This document shows positions 7,774 to 16,453 of a stretch of 64,000 bases of DNA, in pieces. The DNA comes from Thainema sp. (GTDB lineage Bacteria > Cyanobacteriota > Cyanobacteriia > Phormidesmidales > Phormidesmidaceae), in NCBI GenBank assembly GCA_052168235.1, contig JBQLZK010000023.1:27739-91738 (forward strand). The letters run 5' to 3'. A program made the position numbers and the translations under genes. Each line of letters starts with the position of its first letter. Positions within the stretch are counted from its first letter, which is position 1. The notes beneath the pieces are model-generated. The model was not told where the DNA came from, ran no database searches, and saw only the letters and a program-made list of their open reading frames with translations.

Positions 7774-8244
7774 ATGCCAAATCGACTCAACACTCGCCTA
7801 ACCTGGGCCGTCGGCTTAGTGGTTGTGTTCATTGTGGGTACTCTATTCCTGACGCGCCCTTCCGTGTCAACCAGCAGCCTGTCGCCGGTTTCGGGTCTGA
7901 TGTCGCTGCGGCAGATGGCGCAGAGTTCGATGCTGTATGACGATGCGATCGCAAATCAGAAACCGACGCTCGTCGAGTTTTATGCTGACTGGTGTACCAC
8001 CTGCCAGTCTCTTGCGCCGACGCTGCATGAGCTAGAGCAGGATTACGCTAACCAAGTTAATTTTGTCATGCTCAATATCGACGATCCGCGCTGGGCTGAG
8101 CAAGTCGATCAGTATGAGGTTACTGGAGTCCCCAAAATTGTCCTGCTCACGACCGATCAGCAGGTTTCAGACACCTTTATTGGCAGACTGCCCCGCTCTG
8201 TTCTAGCCGAAGCCATTGGGCAACTGCTGCCGTCAAATTCCTAA
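7774..8244 (+). CDS. Membrane-anchored thioredoxin-like thiol-disulfide oxidoreductase (TxlA/HCF164-like)
   Basis: N-terminal TM, VEFYADWCTTC and cis-Pro motif GVP. Confidence 0.85.
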   Translation: MPNRLNTRLTWAVGLVVVFIVGTLFLTRPSVSTSSLSPVSGLMSLRQMAQSSMLYDDAIANQKPTLVEFYADWCTTCQSLAPTLHELEQDYANQVNFVMLNIDDPRWAEQVDQYEVTGVPKIVLLTTDQQVSDTFIGRLPRSVLAEAIGQLLPSNS

Positions 8245-9153
8245 TGCGCCATTCTCCTGTAGCCAGCCAATTTGAGCCAGCGTCAGTCCAGTGACACCAC
8301 CAAACACCGCACCATTCACCTGGGCATCTGATAAATCGACGCCTTCCAAGACGGCATTTTCTAAATTGGCATGTTGCAAATTCGCGCCCGTCAAATTCGC
8401 ATAGGACAAATTGGCATCTTCCAAACAGGTGCCAAACAGGCTGGCGTTGGTCAAATCGGTATAGCTTAGATTGGCATCGCTTAAGTTCGCCCAGTCAAAT
8501 TGAGTTTCCGTCAAAATCGCGTGGGTCAAATCGGCATCCGAAAGGTTTGCACCCAGCAAATCCGCATCAGTCAGATTAGCGCTGATCAGACAGGCTGCCG
8601 CTAAATTGGCTCGCTCCAAATCAGCTCCATAAAAGGATGCTCCGGCCAAGTTGGCGTTGCACCACTGGCTGCGGCGTAGAGTGGCTCCGCCAAAACTAGC
8701 CTGACTAAAATCGCTGCCGCATAGATTGACTTCAATCAAGCTGGCATTTTTAAAGATGGCATTGCGTCCTATCGCCTGACTCAAATCGGCTCGATCTAAG
8801 TCAGCAAATAGGGCGTGGACACCATCCAAAACCGCACTGTGCAAATTTGCTTGTGCGGCTGTGATACCCTCCAGATTGCTTTGCTCTAGGCGAGCCCGCG
8901 TCAAATTGGCTTTCTTGAAAATGGCGTGTTTGGCATCTACTCGGCTCAGATTCGCCAGGATGAGCGTGGCGCGGCTGAAGTCGGCCTTTTGGCAAGACGC
9001 GTAGGACAAGTTGGCAAATCGCAGATATGCCTTTGTAAACTGGCCGCGATCCAACTGCTTCCCGCATAAATCAATACGACTCAGTTCAGCCCGACGCAGC
9101 GATTTGCCATCGTGAACGCGAGTTAAGACTTCATCTAGGGTGAGTTGAGCCAT
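8233..9153 (-). CDS. Pentapeptide repeat protein
   Basis: Continuous A(D/N)LXX repeats. ATG at 9153 is the probable start. Confidence 0.9.
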   Translation of the reverse strand: MAQLTLDEVLTRVHDGKSLRRAELSRIDLCGKQLDRGQFTKAYLRFANLSYASCQKADFSRATLILANLSRVDAKHAIFKKANLTRARLEQSNLEGITAAQANLHSAVLDGVHALFADLDRADLSQAIGRNAIFKNASLIEVNLCGSDFSQASFGGATLRRSQWCNANLAGASFYGADLERANLAAACLISANLTDADLLGANLSDADLTHAILTETQFDWANLSDANLSYTDLTNASLFGTCLEDANLSYANLTGANLQHANLENAVLEGVDLSDAQVNGAVFGGVTGLTLAQIGWLQENGALGI

Positions 9154-9315
9154 AGCCAGTTCCAATTCAGTGTTCTAATTAACAGTTTAAGAAAATAATT
9201 TGTGTAATCCATTACAGAATATCGGCTCTTGCCGGTTTGAGCTGTCTTCTGTCAAGAAATCGCCACATAAGATGAGATTTGCTTAACAAAACGAAAAGTA
9301 ATTCATATGGCTGTA

Positions 9316-9384
9316 GTCAGCTCTGTTAGGACACGGACATTTTTGTGGCGCGGCTTAGCCGCGCCACAAAAATGTCCTAAACCA
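9316..9384. repeat. Palindromic dispersed repeat family A, copy 1
   Basis: gtcagctctgttaggacacggacatttttgtggcgcggc... An inverted copy lies at 58551-58617. Confidence 0.85.
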
Positions 9385-9411
9385 GGTGCAATATCTATGG
9401 AATTTAGAAAC

Positions 9412-9458
9412 CATGAAGGGCGGTCAAATTCGCGCCGCGAATTTGACCGCCCTTCATG
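9412..9458. terminator. Long hairpin downstream of the DUF760 gene
   Basis: catgaagggcggtcaaattcgcg c cgcgaatttgaccgcccttcatg. Confidence 0.6.
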
Positions 9459-9475
9459 GCTTTTAATGAGCTGTT

Positions 9476-9853
9476 CTATGCGTCTTCTAAATCAGAGTCG
9501 AATAGCGAATCTGCGTCAGTTGTAGAAACATCGCCAGCAGCGACGAGTGCTTGCTCGAACTGCAGCCGCTGTTCTGCGCCACGGAGGAAATAGCCGCTCA
9601 TCATGGCGGAGGCGAGTAGACGACCGAGTTGCTCGCGGTTAGTGGTAATGGTTACATCAAAATGCTCTGGGGGCAGTCCTCCCAATAGGCCAATAATGTT
9701 GCGCTCCATCATTTGGAACGTTTCGGAGGATGCAGGTTTGGACAACTTGGCAATCGTTTCGGGTGCCATTGACTGCACGTATTGCATCAGTGAGCTATCG
9801 GAGGCTGCATCACCATTGAAAAAATTAGAAGTTTGCTTGGATGCGTCTTTCAC
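9476..9853 (-). CDS. DUF760 family protein
   Basis: L.QYVQSM.PE..., GLLGGLP..F, and LLASAMMSGYFLR.AEQR. Confidence 0.85.
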   Translation of the reverse strand: MKDASKQTSNFFNGDAASDSSLMQYVQSMAPETIAKLSKPASSETFQMMERNIIGLLGGLPPEHFDVTITTNREQLGRLLASAMMSGYFLRGAEQRLQFEQALVAAGDVSTTDADSLFDSDLEDA

Positions 9854-9953
9854 GGGATACCTCGTTGCGAACCGTTGAGTTAATCACTTGCTTATTCACT
9901 TACTTAGAGTGTAACGAGAGAAAAGCGGTCTGACAGTCGGTAGAACCGAACTC

Positions 9954-12863
9954 TTAATAGACGGCACTCCGGATAGAGTCATGGCTGAGTTGAAGATTGG
10001 GTGCAATCGGTAGGGTGACGGTAAAGGCAGTTTTGCGATCGCAACTTTCCACCTGAATCTCACCGCCCAGATGATGCACCAGTTCTCGCACCAGGGCTAA
10101 GCCTAAGCCTGTGCCGCCCTGCTGCCATCGGTCTGTGCTGGGCACCCGATAAAACTTTTCAAAAATATGGGGCAGTTCTTGGGTTGGAATGCTGGCTCCC
10201 GTGTTGCAGACGGTGATCTGGAGCTGATCGAGCTGATTGCTGTGCTGCGGCAGGATAGCTACTAGTTGAATCTGTTCATGGGGCGGCGTGTACTTACAGG
10301 CATTGTGCAGCAGTTCACCAACAATGCGGCTGATGCCATCCTGATTCGATTCAATCATGGGCAGCGGTTGCGGAATTGCGACCTCAAGCCGAAGCTGACG
10401 GGCATTGATATGGCCCTGGAAGGAATCGGCCAGCGTGGGCAAGAGCAGATTCAGATCAACCTCTGCTAGTTCTAGCGGTTGGCGATTGGCTTCCAAGCGC
10501 TGCAAATCCAGCAGGTCATTCACCAAGTTAATTTCTTGCTGACATTCTGCATTAAGGATTTTGAGATACTGAGCAATGCGCCGCACCAGCGATTCTGGAT
10601 GAGCCGATAAATCTAGGTCGAGGGCTGACTCTGGGTGAGAATTGACATGAGAATGAGCTGGTGTCGCTGTGTGGGATTTGCCATTAGTAGGATTGGGGGC
10701 ATCGACTCGCGTGGAATCGATGGCGTCTTGCGGCGACAGATGGGTCATGACCAGTTGGCGGAGCGTCAGATTCAGCATTTGCAGCGCCATTTTCATATTG
10801 GTAATCGGCGATCGCAACTCATGGGACACCGTACTGAGGAAGTCATCTTTGAGCTGATTAAGTTGCTCAAGCGCTTCCACCTGCATTTGGGCAGCGGCAA
10901 ACAGGCGGGCCTGCCGAATTGCGATCGCACATTGATTGGCCACCTGCTGCGCGAGCTGAATCTCGGGCTGGGTGAAAATTTGGTTTTTGGGGCGAGTTAA
11001 CCACAAATCGCCGAGGATGCCCTGATCGTCAAAAATCGGACAGGCCAGGAACGTAATTTCTCCCCGCACGGGATGAAAGTCCACAAACTGCACCCATTGC
11101 CGCTGCAGCAGTTGAGCATAGACGTCTTTGCGGCCCGACATCGGCCAAATCTGGTTGACTCCAGTGGGGACTTCAACCGTCGCGTATTCGTAGCGCACCC
11201 GTGACTCTTGGCGCTCCAGGTCGTAAAATGCCGTATCGCAGGTTTGAGCGTCTAAGCCAATCGCTAGATCTTTGACCACGGCCTGCATAATCTGCTGCTC
11301 ATCTAGGCTGTCTCGCACGTTGTCGGTAATCCGCTTGAGCAGCGCGTCAAACTGGCGGGCTTGCTGCAGTTGGGCCGTTCGCTCCTGTACCTGCTGCTCC
11401 AGCTTTTGATTAAATTCCTGCACGTGACCATAAAGCTGGGACTGCTGAATTGCGATCGCAACTTGGCTGGCTAGCTGTTTCAACAATTCGATTTCCATCT
11501 CCGGCCAGGGACGCGGCTCAGAACACTGATTGGCCAAGAGTAGCCCCCACAGTTGCTGATCAAACACAATCGGCACCACTAAATTGGCCCGCACGCCGAA
11601 CGATTCCAGCAGTTCGACATGGCAGGGGGTGAGATTCGCTTGATAAACATCCTGAATCGACTGAATTCGCCCCTGCTGATACTGCTCGACATACCGCTGG
11701 GCAAAACAGTGGTCGGTAATCGTGCGGCCCAAAGCGCTGAATTGCGACTGCATCACCGATTCCACAATTACCGTACCGCTCCAGTCAGCATGAAAGCGGT
11801 AGATCAGCACCCGCTCAATCTGCAAAAACTGACGAATTTCCGTGACCGTGGTCTGCAAAATGGTCTCGAGGTCCAGCGATTGACGGATGCGCTGACCAAT
11901 ATCAGCCACGAGTTTCGTCTGTTTGGCCTGCTGTCGCAGCAGTTGTTCCGCCTGGATATGGACGGTGATGTCCTGCACCACACCATCACGCCGGAGCGGA
12001 TTGCCGTCTACATCGCAAATGAGATAACCGCGATCGCGCAGCCAGCGGATCGTGCCATCCGGACGAATGATCCGATAAATGGCTTCGCCACAGGGATTCT
12101 CGACCCCGATTTGGGCAAAGATCTGCTTTGTGCGAACCTGATCGTCGGGATGAATCACCTCAAACCAAAGATTAGGATTGTCAAAAAATGCCTCAACTGG
12201 ATAGCCATATACGGCTTCAGCGACCGGATTCAGATAAATCATGTACGATTTATCGACGGCAGTTGACCAGACCACTTCTTCCAGCGAGTTTAAGATACTG
12301 CTCAGGCGAGCTTCACTATCCTGTAGCGTTTGCTCAACCGCTTGGCGAACCCGGATCTCATGCAATAGCGCCTGATTCGCAGCCGTGAGGGCGGCTGTGC
12401 GTTCCTCCACCCGCTGTTCAAGGGTTTGATTGAGCTGTTCAATTTCGGCTTTAGCGGCCTGTAGCGCCAGTTGATTTTGAACGCGGAGGACGACCTCTTG
12501 CGGGTCAAAGGGCTTGGTAATGTAGTCAACTCCGCCCACCTCGAAGGCCTTAGCCTTGTCGCCAATGCTATCTAAGGCGCTGAGGAAAATAATGGGAATA
12601 TGGCAGGTTTCGGGTGCAGCTTTGAGCTGTTGACAGAAACTGTAGCCGCTAATGTCGGGTAATCGAATATCGAGCAGGATTAAATCGGGCGGAGCGGCTT
12701 GAATTCCCATCAGCGCCATTGAGCCACTGATGGCCTTGCGGATGTCATAGCCTTGGTCGCTGAGGGTTTTCGCGAGGAGCGACAGGTTCTCCAGCGAATC
12801 ATCCACAATTAAAATATGCGGTTGGGATTGGCAATCGGACGAATATCCAGTCTGCCCTGTCAT
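9954..12863 (-). CDS. Hybrid histidine kinase REC-PAS-GAF(DXCF cyanobacteriochrome)-GAF-HisKA-HATPase
   Basis: REC (ILIVDD, LLDI, KPF) and PAS (IHPDD, RWLRDRG). GAF1 carries DHCF and PCH. H-box SHELRSP, NACKY and GTGLGL. Confidence 0.9.
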   Translation of the reverse strand: MTGQTGYSSDCQSQPHILIVDDSLENLSLLAKTLSDQGYDIRKAISGSMALMGIQAAPPDLILLDIRLPDISGYSFCQQLKAAPETCHIPIIFLSALDSIGDKAKAFEVGGVDYITKPFDPQEVVLRVQNQLALQAAKAEIEQLNQTLEQRVEERTAALTAANQALLHEIRVRQAVEQTLQDSEARLSSILNSLEEVVWSTAVDKSYMIYLNPVAEAVYGYPVEAFFDNPNLWFEVIHPDDQVRTKQIFAQIGVENPCGEAIYRIIRPDGTIRWLRDRGYLICDVDGNPLRRDGVVQDITVHIQAEQLLRQQAKQTKLVADIGQRIRQSLDLETILQTTVTEIRQFLQIERVLIYRFHADWSGTVIVESVMQSQFSALGRTITDHCFAQRYVEQYQQGRIQSIQDVYQANLTPCHVELLESFGVRANLVVPIVFDQQLWGLLLANQCSEPRPWPEMEIELLKQLASQVAIAIQQSQLYGHVQEFNQKLEQQVQERTAQLQQARQFDALLKRITDNVRDSLDEQQIMQAVVKDLAIGLDAQTCDTAFYDLERQESRVRYEYATVEVPTGVNQIWPMSGRKDVYAQLLQRQWVQFVDFHPVRGEITFLACPIFDDQGILGDLWLTRPKNQIFTQPEIQLAQQVANQCAIAIRQARLFAAAQMQVEALEQLNQLKDDFLSTVSHELRSPITNMKMALQMLNLTLRQLVMTHLSPQDAIDSTRVDAPNPTNGKSHTATPAHSHVNSHPESALDLDLSAHPESLVRRIAQYLKILNAECQQEINLVNDLLDLQRLEANRQPLELAEVDLNLLLPTLADSFQGHINARQLRLEVAIPQPLPMIESNQDGISRIVGELLHNACKYTPPHEQIQLVAILPQHSNQLDQLQITVCNTGASIPTQELPHIFEKFYRVPSTDRWQQGGTGLGLALVRELVHHLGGEIQVESCDRKTAFTVTLPIAPNLQLSHDSIRSAVY

Positions 12864-12882
12864 GTCAAATCTCCCTGCTCGC

Positions 12883-15800
12883 TCAAGTTCGTTCCTGAGT
12901 CAGTTCCACAATTCGATCAAATCGCACCTGTAAAACCAAGTCTGTGAGTGCGATCGCAAGTTCTACCTGCTCTGTTGGCATGGCGTTAATCAGCGCAAAG
13001 ACGCGATTCTCGTCAAGTTGAGTAGCAGCCTCATATAGTTGGTGCACCCAAGCAGATGGCATATTGGCAAGCTGACTGGTAACTTCTTCGAATTGCTCAG
13101 GCGAACGGAGGCTATTGCATGAGCTTGGATTAAGAGAAGACGGTAAGCTTAGCGAATGAGCTGGGGGTGACGCTAAGTTGCCATTGGTGCCCGTACTTGT
13201 AACATCAAGATTTTTGATATCAAGATTATAGACGTGTTGATCATAGACGTATTGAACATCTAAATGTTTGGCTAATATGTTGAAGATTGCATGAGCTAAA
13301 ACAGGCTTTCGTAAAAAGTCATCACAACCCGCTGCTAGCACCACGGCTCGCTCTTCTTCAAACGCGCTAGCGGTCACTGCAATGATAACGGGTGGTGTCA
13401 GATTCATCTGCTTTGCCCGAGCTTTAATCTGACGAGTGGCCTCATAGCCATCCAGCTCCGGCATATGCATATCCATCCAGATCAGGTGTGGTTGCCAATC
13501 CTGCCACTGTGCGATCGCATCATTGCCATTGCTAGCCTCGCGCACCTCAAACCCCACAGGCTCAAGACATCGTCGCAGAACGAGGCGGTTGGTTGACCGA
13601 TCATCCACTACCAACAATCGATAGGTGGGCTGTTCCGCCGCTAAGCCAATCACGTTGCGCTGCGCTTTGGGGGAGTCCTGAGGGCTGCAAAGATCTGGCA
13701 CCGCTGCAATTGTGAACGTTACAATCGTGCCTTCTCCCAGCGTACTGTGAATTGCAATGTCTCCCTGCAGCAGCTGCACAAACTTTTTACTGATAGCCAG
13801 CCCCAACCCAGTACCCTGCTGAGACCGCCGACCGGCTTCCGTTTGCATAAACGGCTCAAATAAACCACCAATGTCGGTGGCTGCAATCCCAATTCCTGTA
13901 TCAATTACCTGGAAGCGAAGCATGATGGGCTCGCCTGTAGGGATGTCTGGTGGGATCGGTACAGCAGCGATTGTCGTTGGCTCGGATATAGCAGACGGTT
14001 CCACATCAACCCGCAGCGTTACACTACCCTTCTGAGTAAACTTAACAGCGTTGCTGATCAAATTCAGCAGGATTTGACGTAGTTTACGTTCATCGGTATA
14101 GATAAACTGCGGTACATCTGGCGCATACTGAACGACGAATTGTAGTTCTTTGGATGCAGCCCGGAGCTCCATCATGTCTTCGATGGTGCCGAGCAAGCTA
14201 TACAAGTTAAAGCTTGATGCTTCAACGTCAATGCGACCGGCTTCAATCTTCGACATCTCCAGCACATCATTAATTAGCTCTAGCAGATGTTCGCCGCTGC
14301 GGCTAATCACATCCAGGTCTGACTTGTGGGGGGCTAACGCAGGCTTATGGCTGAGCAGTTGTGAAAATCCCAAAATGGCGTTCAGCGGCGTCCGGAGTTC
14401 ATGGCTCATACTAGCCAAAAACGCGCTCTTGGCCTGGTTGGCGGCATCGGCTGATTCTTTGGCCTGCTGTAGGGCTTGAAACTGCTGAACCAGGCTAGCT
14501 GCCATCAGTTTCACGTTATTGATTAAAGAGGCAATTTCTGTGATGTGGCTAGCTGGCCACTGCACAGGGCGCTGATCCGATAGATGTTTGGGCAGATTGG
14601 TGGTGACATGAGCCAGCTGAGCGACCGGACGAACCAGTTGGCGGCTGAGCAGAAACGCTAGACCTAGTGCGCCAGTGGTGAACAGTAAGAGAATGGCCAG
14701 ATTTTTGATGTTGATTTCTTGAATCGCAGTGACGTAGGGGGCGGCTGGTAGTTCGATAATCAGCGTCCAGGGAATGCCTTCAGCCAGCGGCGTTTCTTGG
14801 ACAAACATGGATTGGGTCCACCGCTGCATAAACAGTCCTGCTGGTGGCAACCACTGATAGGCGATCGCTGAATCTGCAATGGGAATAACTGTTCCCGTTT
14901 GCTTTAAATCAAAGGGGTGTCCTAAGTTGCGATCGCGATGGCTACTGGTCACAATCTGCTGATTCGCATCAACCAGCGTGGCAAAACTATCAATCCCTTG
15001 ATTTTCGTTCTCAATCAGACTCTGTAACTGCTGTAAGCCAACGATACCTATGGCAAATCCTTGTAGCTGATTGGTTTGAATCGGCGCAGCAAAGACAAGC
15101 TCGGTTGGTTCTGCCAGTGTCAGTAACGCCGCGTGAGGTGCATCCGAGCGTAACTGAGAACGAATCTGATCGAGGTCACTGGTCGCTAATGGGGAGAAGG
15201 TGGCTGATCTAGATACTTGGGAGCCAGATGCTGCTGAATTCGGTTGCGGGTCAAGCTGTGAACGAGCCAATACGCTGGCTGATGCAATGGGGGCATCAGC
15301 CACGATCTCTCCGTTATCGGTCAAAATCAACAGCCGATGAAAGCTGGGAAATAACCGCTGCACAGCTCCCAATTCGAGCTGAAGCAGATTCTCTTCTGTT
15401 ATCAAACTGGTTGAGGACGGCTTGTTCTCGGCGATCCGAACCAGTTCAGTAATGGCCACTTGATGCTGCTGTTGCCATGCTTCTAGCTCGTGCTGGAGAT
15501 GATTCGAGATATTTTGCAATTCAACTTGCTTATCGGCCACAATATCGCTGACAACCTGGCGACTATCAATTGCAACGAGGAGCAGCGTTGGAAAAAAAAC
15601 AAAGGCAACGAGTAGGTTAAACAACGTTTGCTGAAGCGAAAGCGCCTCAATGGCTTTGGGCCGCTGCACCCAGCGGTGGATGGGAGAATAGATTAACAGT
15701 AGGTTGGCAATCAGAGCATTAAAAATGCCGTTGGCTGATTGCTTCAGCATGATGATTTGGGTTTGTACCAGGTCTACCCCCATCGCCCCCCGATAAAACA

Positions 15801-16137
15801 GCCAAATCAACGGCATGCCGATACACAGCCAATACACCATATCGAGCAGGACTAGATTTTGCCGATAGTGCCAGTAAAACCAGCCGACGAAGATGGCCTC
15901 AGCCGCAAAGATTAGAATTGAATAAGGGTGTCCCCACAGAAAAAACGTGCAGCTAGCGGCAAAAATGGCTGCCGTAATTCCCCAGCGGTAGCCATAGAGA
16001 CACAGCACTAGCCAAACTGCGATCGCACCGAACAAAAAGTCAATGTGAAAGAACAGCGACCAGCGGAAATAGTTACCGAGGAAGCCAGCCGCCACCAGGA
16101 ACGCTAATCCGACAGTCGACTGATGATGTCGTGTCAC
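12883..16137 (-). CDS. Membrane hybrid sensor kinase (multi-TM, Cache-like, HAMP-like, HisKA, HATPase, REC)
   Basis: Hydrophobic N-terminus, [26 protein letters not shown] and a REC domain (VVDD, WMD, KP). Confidence 0.9.
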   Translation of the reverse strand: MTRHHQSTVGLAFLVAAGFLGNYFRWSLFFHIDFLFGAIAVWLVLCLYGYRWGITAAIFAASCTFFLWGHPYSILIFAAEAIFVGWFYWHYRQNLVLLDMVYWLCIGMPLIWLFYRGAMGVDLVQTQIIMLKQSANGIFNALIANLLLIYSPIHRWVQRPKAIEALSLQQTLFNLLVAFVFFPTLLLVAIDSRQVVSDIVADKQVELQNISNHLQHELEAWQQQHQVAITELVRIAENKPSSTSLITEENLLQLELGAVQRLFPSFHRLLILTDNGEIVADAPIASASVLARSQLDPQPNSAASGSQVSRSATFSPLATSDLDQIRSQLRSDAPHAALLTLAEPTELVFAAPIQTNQLQGFAIGIVGLQQLQSLIENENQGIDSFATLVDANQQIVTSSHRDRNLGHPFDLKQTGTVIPIADSAIAYQWLPPAGLFMQRWTQSMFVQETPLAEGIPWTLIIELPAAPYVTAIQEINIKNLAILLLFTTGALGLAFLLSRQLVRPVAQLAHVTTNLPKHLSDQRPVQWPASHITEIASLINNVKLMAASLVQQFQALQQAKESADAANQAKSAFLASMSHELRTPLNAILGFSQLLSHKPALAPHKSDLDVISRSGEHLLELINDVLEMSKIEAGRIDVEASSFNLYSLLGTIEDMMELRAASKELQFVVQYAPDVPQFIYTDERKLRQILLNLISNAVKFTQKGSVTLRVDVEPSAISEPTTIAAVPIPPDIPTGEPIMLRFQVIDTGIGIAATDIGGLFEPFMQTEAGRRSQQGTGLGLAISKKFVQLLQGDIAIHSTLGEGTIVTFTIAAVPDLCSPQDSPKAQRNVIGLAAEQPTYRLLVVDDRSTNRLVLRRCLEPVGFEVREASNGNDAIAQWQDWQPHLIWMDMHMPELDGYEATRQIKARAKQMNLTPPVIIAVTASAFEEERAVVLAAGCDDFLRKPVLAHAIFNILAKHLDVQYVYDQHVYNLDIKNLDVTSTGTNGNLASPPAHSLSLPSSLNPSSCNSLRSPEQFEEVTSQLANMPSAWVHQLYEAATQLDENRVFALINAMPTEQVELAIALTDLVLQVRFDRIVELTQERT

Positions 16138-16453
16138 TAATAAGACCTTGCTCCATCAATACGGGGAAACTCAGCCACACGCCTTGATCTTAGTGTTTAA
16201 CGTCTTCTACCTTTGGGTAGAACTGTCATTCCTGGTACAAATCTAAATACTTTTTAATCGGCTTAAGCAAACTGCAACTGGCTTAGGATGATAATCACGC
16301 TCAAGAGGTCAGTCTGGTAGGGATGAAATGCCTATGGCATGGGCTTTTGAGCTTATAGCTGTTTTGGGATGTTAGGATGCCTTCTGTATAATTAGTAACA
16401 TTTGCGGTGCTAGTCATAGAGGTTGTCGCCAGCGTGATGAGTTGAGTGAACCG

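Noticed and set aside
9202..9215. NtcA-like site (GTA-N8-CAC on the - strand) upstream of the pentapeptide gene
   Set aside because: One mismatch and no TAN3T at the 22-nt spacing.
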